Notes under the pieces: model-generated
Databases searched by the model: none
What the model saw: only the letters and a program-made list of their open reading frames with translations
Told to the model about the DNA's origin: nothing
Origin: Dehalococcoidia bacterium
GTDB lineage: Bacteria > Chloroflexota > Dehalococcoidia > Bin125
DNA: 64,000 nt
NCBI GenBank assembly: GCA_963663235.2
Contig: CAXXNO010000011.1
Location: 32,001 to 96,000 of the forward strand
Direction: 5' to 3'
Shown: positions 40,163-50,241 of the stretch, in pieces
How positions within the stretch are numbered: position 1 is the stretch's first letter
How the letters are laid out: each line of letters starts with the position of its first letter
Position numbers and translations under genes: made by a program

Positions 40163-40932
40163 GAGATCAGGGTTCCTTCCGCTGCCTGTACTTCTTCGAT
40201 GATGGGGTCATAGCCCTCGGCCTCCAGCCGTTCGGCGAGGTCGGGACCGCCGGACTTGATGATACGGCCGTCCACCAGCACGTGCACGAAGTCTGGGGTG
40301 ACGTAGTTCAGCATGCGCTGATAGTGGGTGATCAGGATGATGCCATTGCTCGGCGTGTGGAAGGCGTTAATCCCCTCGGCCACGATGCGCAGCGCGTCGA
40401 TGTCCAGGCCGGAGTCGGTCTCGTCCATGATCGCCAGTTCCGGCTTCAAGAGGCCGAGCTGGAGGATCTCCGCACGCTTCTTCTCCCCGCCGGAGAACCC
40501 GTCGTTGACGTAGCGACGAACGAACTGCTCGTCCATGTGCAGGCTCTCTAGGACCGCTTGGAGCTGCTGGCGGAACTCCCGGACGGGGATCGTGGCGCCA
40601 CGGCGGGCGCTCACCGCCCGCCGCAGGAAGTTGATCATGGAGACGCCGGGGACGTCCGTGGGGTACTGGAAGGCCAGGAACATGCCGGCGCGCGCCCGCT
40701 TGTCCGGGCTCCAGGCCAGCGCGTCCTTCCCCTGGTAGCGCACGCGCCCACCGGTCACGGTGTAGCGCGGGTGGCCCATCAGCGTGTTGGCCAGCGTGGT
40801 CTTGCCGGAGCCGTTGGGCCCCATGATGGCGTGCACCTCACCGGCGTTCACTGTCAGCGATACACCGTTCAGGATCGGCTTTTTGCCGACGCTGACGCGC
40901 AGCTCCTCGATCACAAACAGCGGAGCGGTCAT
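40159..40932 (-). CDS. sufC: Fe-S assembly ATPase SufC
   Basis: 'GPNGSGKT', 'FSGGEKKR', 'DETDSGLD', 'ITHY'. Confidence 0.95.
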
Positions 40933-41579
40933 CAGGGGTGTCCCTTTTCCTTCGATGGTGATGGCACCCCCTCTGTCACCAGGTATTCGCAGCTGTCGTC
41001 GCCGCGGGCCAGGCTGCCGATCAGCTTCACGTTGGCGCCCACAAGATCTTCGATGGCGAGCCGGTCCGACTCGCAGACGCAATCACTGGCCTCAGCGGCT
41101 TCGCGGTAGGGGCAGGCGTGGTTCTGGAGGCGATAGCCGTGCTCCGTTCGTTCCCAGCTGTCGAGGATTCCCTCGCCGTGCAGCGCATCAACGGTCGCGC
41201 TCACCCGCTGTTCCAGCGGGCCGCCTTCGGTCACGGCGGCGCGATGGTCCGCCGCGACGCGCCGCGCCACGCCGGCGGCGATCGCCTGGAGGTCGGCGCT
41301 TCCGTGCTGGATTTCGCCCAGCAGGCGCGCTACGAGTCCCGACGAGTGATCCCGCTGACGCCGGACGCCGGCGGGCGTGGCCTGGTAGACCTGGTAGGGT
41401 CGGCCGGTCGCCTGGCGGACCGGCTCACGGGTCTCCGCCAGCCCTTCCGCGGCCAGGCGGTCCAGGTGGCGCCGCACCGTCGCGTCGGCCAAGCCGACCG
41501 CGGCGGAGAGTTCGCTGACGGAGGCGCCCCCCTTCTCGACAATGTGAGCCAGGATGGCGGTACGGGTGTTGGCGGTCAT
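40932..41579 (-). CDS. sufR: SufR-like HTH regulator
   Basis: N-terminal wHTH 'TVRRHL', 'GRP'; C-terminal 'HACPY...VC...SCEY' cysteines; heads the suf operon. Confidence 0.82.
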   Translation of the reverse strand: MTANTRTAILAHIVEKGGASVSELSAAVGLADATVRRHLDRLAAEGLAETREPVRQATGRPYQVYQATPAGVRRQRDHSSGLVARLLGEIQHGSADLQAIAAGVARRVAADHRAAVTEGGPLEQRVSATVDALHGEGILDSWERTEHGYRLQNHACPYREAAEASDCVCESDRLAIEDLVGANVKLIGSLARGDDSCEYLVTEGVPSPSKEKGHP

Positions 41580-41640
41580 CGTCTGTCTCCACGCCCTTTC
41601 GCCCGGACGGCGCTTCACCGCCAGTATGCCGCCAACCCGT

Positions 41641-41667
41641 GCTTTTCGTCAAATATTGCGGAAAAGC
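41641..41667. promoter_or_regulatory. AT-rich inverted repeat, candidate SufR operator
   Basis: GCTTTTC-N13-GAAAAGC about 60 bp upstream of sufR, beside a minus-strand CATACT -10-like hexamer. Confidence 0.55.
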
Positions 41668-41730
41668 ATAGTATGCCCGGACGCAACGACGGACGAGCAG
41701 CGGAGAGCGAGGCCGTTCCGGAGGAGGCGG

Positions 41731-42531
41731 CTAGGCCCCGCGATCGAGGCTGATGGTCAGCCCGTCACGGGCGATGTCCAGCGGCCCCTTGAAGAGGGCG
41801 TTTGCCTCCTCCTCGACGGCCTGGAGGTCGCTGTCGTACCAGAAATGCGTCAGGAGGAGCCGTTTGGCATGCGCGTTGCGCGCCATCGTCGCCGCCTCAG
41901 AGGGCGTGCAGTGGCCGGGCCGTGGGCCACCCTCCGGCTCCCGGAGGGTGGCCTCGCAGATGAAGAGGTCCGCTTCGTTCGCCAGCCTCGTCACCGCCGC
42001 CGACGGCCCGGTGTCGCCGGAATACACGACGCTCGCGCTGCCATCGATGCGCACGGCGTAGGCGAGGATGTAGTGGCGGGCCGCCGCGAAACGGACCGTC
42101 AGCGGGCCGAGAGTCAGGCTACGGTCCGGGTCGTATTCCCGGAGGCGGAAGGTATTGCTGAGGAAGTCGGACGGAAACGACACGGCGTCCAGGATGTCGG
42201 CGAGTCGCTCGACGCCGCCGGGCGGGAGATGGAGCGTGACCCGACGCTCACGCGGGCCAGCAAGCCGGCGGCTCACGCGGAAGCGCAGCGGCAAGACATC
42301 GACGAAGTGGTCGGGATGCATGTGGCTGATGAAGACATGATCAAGGTGAAACGCGGGTTGCGCTTCCTGCAGGGTGGGCACGACGCCGGGGCCGCAATCC
42401 AGGAGGATCGCTTGGCCTTGGTCCTCGACGAGAAACCCGGAACTGTTCTGTCCGGCCGGGGGACAGGCGGCCCCGCTGCCGAGGACGGTGACGCGCATGG
42501 GACTGGACTGCGTTGGGGACGGGTCGGTCAT
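41731..42531 (-). CDS. MBL-fold metallo-hydrolase (RNase Z/YhfI-like)
   Basis: 'SHMHPDH', 'YSGDTG', 'CEAT', 'LTHF'. Confidence 0.88.
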   Translation of the reverse strand: MTDPSPTQSSPMRVTVLGSGAACPPAGQNSSGFLVEDQGQAILLDCGPGVVPTLQEAQPAFHLDHVFISHMHPDHFVDVLPLRFRVSRRLAGPRERRVTLHLPPGGVERLADILDAVSFPSDFLSNTFRLREYDPDRSLTLGPLTVRFAAARHYILAYAVRIDGSASVVYSGDTGPSAAVTRLANEADLFICEATLREPEGGPRPGHCTPSEAATMARNAHAKRLLLTHFWYDSDLQAVEEEANALFKGPLDIARDGLTISLDRGA

Positions 42532-42788
42532 GTGATATCGAGCGTCCAGGGGCGGAGTGTAGGCAGCGCTCGATCGGGGCGTCTATCAAACTCGGCACAT
42601 CGAGCGGGTCCGGCGGTGCGGCCGGCCGGGGCCAAACCGTGGCACAATCAGCGCCGATGAGCGTGACCTTCCACGATCTCCGCGCGGCACGAGCGGCCAG
42701 CGGTGGGCGGGCGCTGAAGAGCGCGCGACCGACGATCCGCATCGTTGAGGTGCAGGCGGCGGCGGGATCCGTCGCTGGCGAGATCTTG

Positions 42789-43091
42789 ATGAGCGGTCCG
42801 CCCCGGGCGCGCACGGAGATCGGCACAGAGGAGGCCACGGAGGTCCGGCCCGTCACTCTGCCGCCGTACCGCCTCGTCCTCCACAACGACGAGGTCAACA
42901 CGATGGACTACGTGGTGCATTCGTTGCTGGTCTGCGTGCCCGAGCTCGACACGGAGGGGGCTACGGCCGTCATGCTGGAGGCGCATCACGCTGGCAAGGC
43001 GCTGGTAATCGTCTGTCCGCTGGAGCGCTGCGAGCTGTACCGCGACCGGCTCAAGCGTCGCGGCCTGACGGCGACTGTGGAGCGCGCCTGA
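42789..43091 (+). CDS. clpS: ATP-dependent Clp protease adaptor ClpS
   Basis: 'YRLVLHNDEVNTMDYVV', 'MLEAHHAGKA'. Confidence 0.88.
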   Translation: MSGPPRARTEIGTEEATEVRPVTLPPYRLVLHNDEVNTMDYVVHSLLVCVPELDTEGATAVMLEAHHAGKALVIVCPLERCELYRDRLKRRGLTATVERA

Positions 43092-43127
43092 ACCGAACGA
43101 CAACGGGCTGCGTGGTAGAATGACCCG

Positions 43128-43823
43128 GTGATGGTAGCGATCACGCCGACGACAGAGGACTACCTGCAAGCGATCGAGGCGCTGATCTCCGAGGGGCAGC
43201 CGGTGATCGGCGCCCGTCTGGCGGAACGACTGAAGGTCACGCCGGCATCCGTGTCGCAGACGATCGACCGGATGGCGCGCCTCAACCTGGTCGAGTTCGG
43301 GCCGGGACATCGCATCAACCTCACGGAGAGCGGGCGCAAGGCCGCGGATTCCATCGTGCGCCGCCACCGTCTCACCGAGCGCTTCCTGACCGACGTGCTC
43401 AAGCTGGGGTGGGTGGAGGCCCACGAGGAGGCGCACCGCTTGGAGCACGGCATCAGCGATCTCGTGGAAGGCCGGATCTCCGAACTGCTGGGGCATCCCC
43501 AGACCTGCCCCCACGGCGGTCCCATCCCGGGGAACTTCCCTGAGGGGGGCGACAGTGATTGGGCTCCCATCGGTTCACTGAAGGTCGGCGCCACGGCCAG
43601 GATCACGCGCATCGCCGACGTGATCGAAGACGACACGGACCTCCTGCGCTACTGCGACGAGAAGGACCTGCGTCCCGGCATGGCCGTGCGTGTGGCGGAG
43701 CAGGGGCCGGAGGGTGTCTTGTTAGTCGACGTGGAGGGGCAGACCGTCGCCTTGAGTGGGCAGTTGACTCGACACATCCTCTGCCGACCGGATGGTGCGC
43801 TCTCCGCCGCGTCCCACGCGTGA
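43128..43823 (+). CDS. DtxR/IdeR/MntR-family metal regulator with FeoA domain
   Basis: 'EDYL', 'RRHRLTERFL', 'HEEAHRLEH', 'CPHGGPIP'. Confidence 0.92.
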   Translation: MMVAITPTTEDYLQAIEALISEGQPVIGARLAERLKVTPASVSQTIDRMARLNLVEFGPGHRINLTESGRKAADSIVRRHRLTERFLTDVLKLGWVEAHEEAHRLEHGISDLVEGRISELLGHPQTCPHGGPIPGNFPEGGDSDWAPIGSLKVGATARITRIADVIEDDTDLLRYCDEKDLRPGMAVRVAEQGPEGVLLVDVEGQTVALSGQLTRHILCRPDGALSAASHA

Positions 43824-43875
43824 GATGACCTGTCCCAACGACCAGCCGAAACGGCCCCCCCGATGGTCACGCGCC

Positions 43876-44637
43876 GTGCCTGATCGGGAACGCGAGCTCC
43901 ATGGGCGGGTTGCGCTGGTGACCGGCGGCTCGCGCGGGATCGGCCGGGCGATCGCCCTGGAGCTGGCGGCGCTGGGTGCGGACGTCGCGATCAGTTACGT
44001 GTCCCAGCCGGAAGGCGCGGAAGAGACCGCCCGTCTGGTGCGCGAGACGGGACGGCGGTGCCACGTGGTCGCCTGCAACGTGGACGACGCCGACGCCGTC
44101 ACCGCGATGGTGAAGAGCGCCGGCGACGAACTGGGGGCGCCCGACATCCTGGTGAACAACGCGGGGATCACGCGTGACACGCTGGTGATGCGCATGAGCG
44201 AGGCGGACTGGGACGCCGTGATAACCACCGATCTGCGCGGCGCATTCCTCTGCACGCGGGCCTGCCTGCGCGGCATGATGCGGAATCGTTGGGGGCGGAT
44301 CGTCAATATCGGGTCGGTGATTGGGAGCATGGGCGGTCCCGGCCAGGCCAACTACGCCGCCGCCAAGGCCGGGCTGGCGGGGTTCACCAAGGCGGTGGCG
44401 CGGGAAGTGGGGAGTCGGAACATCACGGCCAATCTCGTGGCGCCGGGGTTCATCCGCACCGATATCACGGCCGATCTGCCGCCGGAGTTGGCGGAGCGGG
44501 TGCAGGCCCAAATCGCGCTCCAGCGGCTGGGCGATCCCGAGGACGTGGCCCCCCTTGTGGCCTTTCTCACAACCGAGCGGGCCCGCTACGTGACAGGGCA
44601 AGTGATCCACGTCGATGGCGGCCTCGTGATGAATTGA
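43876..44637 (+). CDS. fabG: 3-oxoacyl-ACP reductase
   Basis: TGGSRGIG, NNAGITRD, YAAAK. Confidence 0.92.
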   Translation: MPDRERELHGRVALVTGGSRGIGRAIALELAALGADVAISYVSQPEGAEETARLVRETGRRCHVVACNVDDADAVTAMVKSAGDELGAPDILVNNAGITRDTLVMRMSEADWDAVITTDLRGAFLCTRACLRGMMRNRWGRIVNIGSVIGSMGGPGQANYAAAKAGLAGFTKAVAREVGSRNITANLVAPGFIRTDITADLPPELAERVQAQIALQRLGDPEDVAPLVAFLTTERARYVTGQVIHVDGGLVMN

Positions 44638-44742
44638 ACGCATGACCTAGGGGTTGCCCTTGATTGCTGGGGCGATCGCCGCCGTGATATCGTGCGCCCA
44701 AGCATCATGGCGGGGGCCGCCTCGCTTCCGGCTCGAACGGAC

Positions 44743-45741
44743 ATGGTGACTATTTCAACGCGTGAACGGCGAGAGCCCGGCTTCGCGGTCGTCTTTCCCG
44801 GCCAGGGGTCCCAGTCGCGGGGAATGGCCGGGAAGGTGCTGCGCGTCTACCCCGAGGCGCGGGAGCGCTTTGAGCGCGCCTCCCAGATGCTCGATTACGA
44901 CCTGCTGCACCTGATTGAGCAAGGACCGGAAAAGGTCCTGGGCGACACCCTCCACTCGCAGCCGGCGATCTATACCGCCAGCATCGCCTGGTTCGACGCC
45001 TGGCGCGCCAAATGGGCGAGTGCGGGCCGCGATCTGCGGCCCGTGGCGATGGCCGGGCACAGCATGGGTCAGATCACCGCGATGGTGGCGGCGGGGGCGC
45101 TGGACTTCGAGCGTGGGCTGACCCTCGTGAGCGAGCGGGGCCGGATCATGCAGGAGGCCGGACTCGCCCGGCCGGGCGGCATGGCGTCCATCATCGGGCT
45201 GCGCGACCGCCTGGTGCGGGCGATCGTCGGCGAGGCCTGTACCGAGGGCACCTTGGTGGTGGCCAACGACAACGGCCCCGGCCACACGGTGGTATCCGGC
45301 GACGAGAGCGCGGTGCGGAAGGTGCTGCGCATCGCGGAAGACATGGGAGCGAAGCGCGCCGTGCGCTTGCCGATCTCGATCGCGTCGCATTCGCCGCTGA
45401 TGCAGAACGCCCAGCGCGAGTTCGGCGCCGTGGTGGATCGCATGCCCTGGCGTGACCCCGAAGTGAGCATCACCAGCAATATCGATGCCGCTCTGCTGCA
45501 AACACGCGAGGCGATGGTTAAGGAGTTGCACGAATCCCTCTTGGCGCCGGTGCGTTGGGACGCTGCCGTGAAGGCGATGGCCGGCCAGGGCGCGGAGCTC
45601 TTCGTCGAGGCCGGACCCGGGGACGTCCTCTCCAAGCTGGTGCGGCGGATCTCGCGCAAGGCGTGGACCTTCCCCGTCTCCGACGACGAGGACGGCTTGG
45701 CGCGGCGCGACTACCCGGCAATGACCGGCATTCCTAAGTGA
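44743..45741 (+). CDS. fabD: Malonyl-CoA:ACP transacylase
   Basis: 'FPGQGSQ', 'GHSMG', 'ERG..MQ', 'ASHSPLM'. Confidence 0.9.
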   Translation: MVTISTRERREPGFAVVFPGQGSQSRGMAGKVLRVYPEARERFERASQMLDYDLLHLIEQGPEKVLGDTLHSQPAIYTASIAWFDAWRAKWASAGRDLRPVAMAGHSMGQITAMVAAGALDFERGLTLVSERGRIMQEAGLARPGGMASIIGLRDRLVRAIVGEACTEGTLVVANDNGPGHTVVSGDESAVRKVLRIAEDMGAKRAVRLPISIASHSPLMQNAQREFGAVVDRMPWRDPEVSITSNIDAALLQTREAMVKELHESLLAPVRWDAAVKAMAGQGAELFVEAGPGDVLSKLVRRISRKAWTFPVSDDEDGLARRDYPAMTGIPK

Positions 45742-46997
45742 CGAAAGGGCCCACCGTGACCCGGCGCGTCGTCGTCACGGGCCTTGGCGCCGTTTGCGCC
45801 GTGGGGAACGACCTGCCCACGACATGGGACAACCTGGTGGCCGGCGTATCGGGTGTCGCGCCGATCACCCGCTACGACGCGAGCCCCTTCAAGGTTGGCG
45901 TAGCGGCCGAGGTCAAGGAGTTCGATGCCAGCAAGCACATCGACGCCAAGACGCTCAAGCACATGGATCGCAACGTTGAGTACGGCGTCGTCTCGTCGCT
46001 CGAAGCGGTGTCGGACGCCGGTCTGGAGATCACAGAGGACAACCGAGACCGCGTGGGCGTGATCTTTGGATCCGGAGGTGGCGGCCTGGAAACAGCGTTC
46101 CGCTGGTACGATGTCGTCAAAGAGCGGGGCGTGCGCCGCGTATCTCCCTTCGCCATGCCCAACTTCATCGTCGATGCGGCCAGCGCGCACGTCGCCATCC
46201 AGACCGGCGCGGCTGGCCCCAACTACTCGCCGACCAGCGCCTGCGCCACCGGCACCAATGCCGTGGGCGAAGGCTTCGCGACGATCAAGCTGGGCCGGGC
46301 GGAGGCGATGATCGTCGGAGGTTCAGAGGCGGTGCTGTTGCCTTTCCTCCATGCCTGCTTCGAGATGATGGGCGTGGTGGCGCCGGAGACGGAGCCGCGC
46401 AACGCGGGCTGCCGCCCCTTCGATCTGCATCGCAACGGCTTCGTCCCTGGGGAAGGCGCCTGCTCGCTCATCTTGGAAGAGTTGGAGCACGCCCAGGCGC
46501 GGGGCGCGGAGATCTACGCCGAGGTCATCGGCTTCGGCAGCAGCAATGATGCCTACGACATGGTGGCGTCCGACGCCACCGGCCGTGGCTTGGTCAACGC
46601 GCTGCGCCAGGCGATGGATGAGGCCTGCCTGCCCGTGGGCGACGTGGGCTACGTCAACACGCACGGGACCGCGACACAGCTCAACGACCGCGTGGAGACG
46701 CTGGCGATCAAGCAGGTGTTCGGAGACCACGCGCGCAACATCCTGGTCTCGTCGATCAAGCCGGCCACCGGGCACATGATGAGCGCCAGCGGCGCGCTGG
46801 AGTGCGCGGTCACCGTCCTGGCGCTGCATCATGGGGTGATTCCGCCCACCTTGAACTACGAAACGCCCGACCCCGACTGCGACCTGGATTGCGTCCCCAA
46901 CACCGCGCGCGAGGTCAACCTGACCGCCGCGCTCTCCACTTCCGTGGGGCTGGGGGGGCACAACGCCGCGGTTCTTTTCCACCGCTGGGTAGGGTGA
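45738..46997 (+). CDS. fabF: Beta-ketoacyl-ACP synthase II, copy 1
   Basis: 'SACATG', 'HGTAT', 'TGHMM'. Confidence 0.88.
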   Translation: MTKGPTVTRRVVVTGLGAVCAVGNDLPTTWDNLVAGVSGVAPITRYDASPFKVGVAAEVKEFDASKHIDAKTLKHMDRNVEYGVVSSLEAVSDAGLEITEDNRDRVGVIFGSGGGGLETAFRWYDVVKERGVRRVSPFAMPNFIVDAASAHVAIQTGAAGPNYSPTSACATGTNAVGEGFATIKLGRAEAMIVGGSEAVLLPFLHACFEMMGVVAPETEPRNAGCRPFDLHRNGFVPGEGACSLILEELEHAQARGAEIYAEVIGFGSSNDAYDMVASDATGRGLVNALRQAMDEACLPVGDVGYVNTHGTATQLNDRVETLAIKQVFGDHARNILVSSIKPATGHMMSASGALECAVTVLALHHGVIPPTLNYETPDPDCDLDCVPNTAREVNLTAALSTSVGLGGHNAAVLFHRWVG

Positions 46998-48253
46998 GCG
47001 ATCTGGACCGGACAGCGCCGCGCGTCGTAATCACGGGCATCGGGCCGGTGACCCCGATCGGAACCGGCGTCGACGAGTTCAGCGACAGCCTGTGCCGCGG
47101 CCGGTCCGGTGTGCGGCCGATCACCAGCTTCGATACCCAGGCGTTGAAGGTGCGCATCTCGGCCGACGTGCCGGACTTTGCCCCCGAGCGGTACATGACC
47201 GCCAAGGCCGCCAAGCGGATGGCCCGTTTCGCGCAGATGGGGGTGGGGGCGGCGCGGCTGGCGGTGGAGGATTCCGGGCTGGACTTGTCGGCCGTGGACC
47301 GCAATCGTGTTGGGGCGATCATCAACACCGGCGGAGGCGGAGTCACGACGATTAGCGACGAGACGCTGGTGCTGGCCAACCGCGGCCCGGGGCGGGTCAG
47401 CGCCTTGTTCGTCTCGGCGATGGCGCCGAACATGGCCGCCTGCCAAGTCTCGATGGAACTGGAGATCACCGGCCCGGTGATCTCGTCGGTGGCCGCCTGC
47501 GCCAGCTCGATCTACGCTTTCATGGATGCCGTTCACCTCATCCAGCGGGGCGAGGCGGACATCGTGTTGGCCGGCGGGGCCGAGGCCAGTATTTCGGCGT
47601 TAGCGATCAGCGCGCTAGCGAACATGCACGCGCTCTCGCGTCGCAACGAGGATCCGGAACGGGCGTCGCGCCCCTTCGACAAAGATCGTGACGGCTTCGT
47701 CATTGCGGAGGGCGCGGCCGTGTGCGTGCTGGAGCCGCTGGAGGCCGCGCGCGCCCGCGGCGCGCGCATCTACGCCGAGGTGCTCGGCGGGGGGCGGACC
47801 GCCGACGCCTATCACGTCAGCGCCCCCGAGCCGACGGGCAGCGGCGCCGCTCGCGCCATGCAGCGCGCCCTGGAGGCCTGTGCGCTGGAGCCCGCCGACG
47901 TCGATTACATCTGCGCACATGGGACCGGCACGCCGCTCAACGACGCCGCCGAAACGCGCGCCATCAAGCAGGTCTTCGGCGCGCATGCCTACGGATTGGC
48001 CGTGAGCTCGCCCAAAAGCCTCACCGGCCACCTCATGGGGGCGGCCGGCGCGCTGTCCGTGGCCGCCACCGCGCTGGCGATCCGGCGCCAGGAACTGCCG
48101 CCGACGATCAATCTTGACACCCCTGATCCCGAATGCGATCTTGACTACGTTCCGCACCGGAGCCGCAAGGCGCGCATTCAGGTGGCGATTGCGAACGGGT
48201 TCGGCTTTGGCGGACAGAACGCCGTCGTAGCGCTGGCGAAGGTCGATGAGTGA
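46994..48253 (+). CDS. fabF: Beta-ketoacyl-ACP synthase II, copy 2
   Basis: 'AACASS', 'HGTGT', 'TGHLMGA', 'NGFGFGGQN'; GTGA overlap with copy 1. Confidence 0.9.
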   Translation: MSDLDRTAPRVVITGIGPVTPIGTGVDEFSDSLCRGRSGVRPITSFDTQALKVRISADVPDFAPERYMTAKAAKRMARFAQMGVGAARLAVEDSGLDLSAVDRNRVGAIINTGGGGVTTISDETLVLANRGPGRVSALFVSAMAPNMAACQVSMELEITGPVISSVAACASSIYAFMDAVHLIQRGEADIVLAGGAEASISALAISALANMHALSRRNEDPERASRPFDKDRDGFVIAEGAAVCVLEPLEAARARGARIYAEVLGGGRTADAYHVSAPEPTGSGAARAMQRALEACALEPADVDYICAHGTGTPLNDAAETRAIKQVFGAHAYGLAVSSPKSLTGHLMGAAGALSVAATALAIRRQELPPTINLDTPDPECDLDYVPHRSRKARIQVAIANGFGFGGQNAVVALAKVDE

Positions 48254-48322
48254 GCAGAGCGGGCACGGCGCGGTCCTGCAGGACGCCGCGGGGCAACCGC
48301 CGGGCGTGCGGGAGCGCAACCG

Positions 48323-48577
48323 GTGAGCACCATCCTGGAGCGGTTGTCCGAGATCATCGCCGAGCAGTTGCGCGTCGACGTGAGCAAGGTCCGGCAGGAC
48401 GCCCACCTCGTCGATGACCTGGGGGCGGACTCGCTGGACGTGGTGGATCTCTCCATTGCCTTGGAAGAGGAATTCGGCGGCGGCGAGCACCCGTTCGAGA
48501 TCACGGAGGAGGTCGCCGCCGCGATGCGAACGGTCCAGGACATCTTGGACTTCCTGGCGCGCCACGACATCTCCTAG
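48323..48577 (+). CDS. acpP: Acyl carrier protein
   Basis: 'DLGADSLD'. Confidence 0.93.
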   Translation: MSTILERLSEIIAEQLRVDVSKVRQDAHLVDDLGADSLDVVDLSIALEEEFGGGEHPFEITEEVAAAMRTVQDILDFLARHDIS

Positions 48578-48591
48578 ATCGCCTGCGTCTT

Positions 48592-48909
48592 ATGCCCTTG
48601 CAGCGAATCCGTGCAACGCCGGCCGGCCAGCCGACGGGCCTGCCCAGCGCGCTCCGCGCGCAGGGGCTGCGGCTGGCGCCGGGGCGAACCCTCTTGAACC
48701 GGCGCGCGGACGGCACGGCGGCGTTGATTGTGGTGAGCGGGCGGCTGCTGGTCGGCGTCCCCGACGACGACGCCTGCCTCCAGCCGGGCGAAGGCGTTCT
48801 GTTGCCGGACGGTACGGGCTACTCCCTGCGGACGGAGGAGGACGTGGTGGCGGTGCTGTTCAAGCTGTCGGCAGAGGGCGGGCGGACGGAGAACGGCGAG
48901 TCCGCGTAG
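48592..48909 (+). CDS. Small cupin-like protein
   Basis: 'LIVVSGRL...LQPGEGVLLPDG' cupin pattern lacking metal-binding histidines. Confidence 0.5.
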   Translation: MPLQRIRATPAGQPTGLPSALRAQGLRLAPGRTLLNRRADGTAALIVVSGRLLVGVPDDDACLQPGEGVLLPDGTGYSLRTEEDVVAVLFKLSAEGGRTENGESA

Positions 48910-48922
48910 GAAGAGCGGGCGC

Positions 48923-49846
48923 TCAGTCCATTGAGACGAGCACCTTGTCCGGCCGCCAGAGATCGCTTGGCGGTTCGGCGGCGGCCAGCACGGCTACCAA
49001 GCGACCGCGGGTATCGGTGGCGAGAAGGTGCGGGCGGTCGCTGCGACCCGGCTGCAGGCGCAGCGACCGCCCGTGCAGCACCCGGATTAACTGATCATCG
49101 GGGAGCGTCACGCGGTCCCAGTCGCCAAAGAAGCGCTCAAGCGGGGCGGCAAGATCCCAGCCGCGGCCGTCCGCGAAGGCTTCCGCGAGCGCGTCTGGCG
49201 ATTGCGCTTCCTCGGCGCGCACGCTGCCGATGGCCGTCCGACGCATCTCGATCAAGTGCGCGCCGCAGCCTAAGGCCTCCCCCAGATCGCGGGCGATGGC
49301 GCGCACGTAGGTGCCGGTGCTGCAGCGGACCGAGAGCCGGAGCAGGGGACTGCTCCAGTCTTCGAGGTCGAGCGCATGGATCGTGGTCATCCGGGGCTTC
49401 AGGGAGAGCGGCTCGCCCCGTCGCGCGGCGCGATGCGCGGTGACCCCGCCGACCTTCACGGCGCTGTAGGTGGGGGGAACCTGCGAGATGGCGCCCCGAA
49501 AGCGATCGGCGAGCGCATCGATCTCCTCGATACGCAGCGCCGGGACGGTCCGCTCCGCGATCACCGCGCCCATGGCGTCATCCGTGTCCGTCCGGATGCC
49601 CAGACGCAGAGTCGCGCGGTAGCACTTGTCATAACCAGAGAGGTATTCGATGAGGCGGGTCGCTGGGCCCACGAAGACGGGGAGCAAGCCGGTGGCTAAT
49701 GGGTCCAGCGTGCCGGCATGGCCGGTCCGGCGGACGCCCGTCCAGTGCCGAACTTGTAGGACGATGTCGTGCGAGGTGGGACCGCTCGGCTTGTCGATAA
49801 GGAACAGCGCCGTTCGGCGGCCTGCGGCCGTTGTGGCTCCCATCAC
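48923..49846 (-). CDS. truB: tRNA pseudouridine(55) synthase
   Basis: 'DKPSGPTSHD', 'GHAGTLDP', 'QVPPTYSAVK', 'CSTGTYVR'. Confidence 0.95.
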   Translation of the reverse strand: MMGATTAAGRRTALFLIDKPSGPTSHDIVLQVRHWTGVRRTGHAGTLDPLATGLLPVFVGPATRLIEYLSGYDKCYRATLRLGIRTDTDDAMGAVIAERTVPALRIEEIDALADRFRGAISQVPPTYSAVKVGGVTAHRAARRGEPLSLKPRMTTIHALDLEDWSSPLLRLSVRCSTGTYVRAIARDLGEALGCGAHLIEMRRTAIGSVRAEEAQSPDALAEAFADGRGWDLAAPLERFFGDWDRVTLPDDQLIRVLHGRSLRLQPGRSDRPHLLATDTRGRLVAVLAAAEPPSDLWRPDKVLVSMD

Positions 49847-50238
49847 TCGGTCGCGGGAGCGGTCGGGGCGCCCGGGGCGCCGGCCGTCCCGTCTTCCACG
49901 GCGACGCGGTCCATGAAGCTGAGCATCGCCTGGTCCCGCTCCAGGCGGTCATCGAGCTCGAAGCGGAGTTCCGGGATGCTTTTCATCGCGAGACGCGGTT
50001 TCAGCAGCCGCCGGATGAAGGGCTGGCCGTGATTCAGTGCGGCGATCGCCCCCGACCGCTCCTCCGCTGACCCCAGGACGGAGACCTGCACGCGCGCATG
50101 GCGGAGGTCCGGAGAGACGCGCACTTCGGTGATGGAGAGCATCTCCAGGTCCAGCCGGGGATCCTTCAGCTCCCGCGTGACGATCTCCGCCACGACCTCG
50201 CGCAGGAGCTCGTTGACGCGTTCGCGTCGACGAGCCAT
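49843..50238 (-). CDS. rbfA: Ribosome-binding factor A
   Basis: 'LKDPRL', 'VSPDLRHA', 'PELRFELD'. Confidence 0.95.
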   Translation of the reverse strand: MARRRERVNELLREVVAEIVTRELKDPRLDLEMLSITEVRVSPDLRHARVQVSVLGSAEERSGAIAALNHGQPFIRRLLKPRLAMKSIPELRFELDDRLERDQAMLSFMDRVAVEDGTAGAPGAPTAPATE

Positions 50239-50241
50239 GGC

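Noticed and set aside
45738-48577. Type II PKS (KS-CLF-ACP)
   Set aside because: Both ketosynthases keep the active-site Cys, the context is fabG/fabD, and no cyclases or tailoring genes are present.
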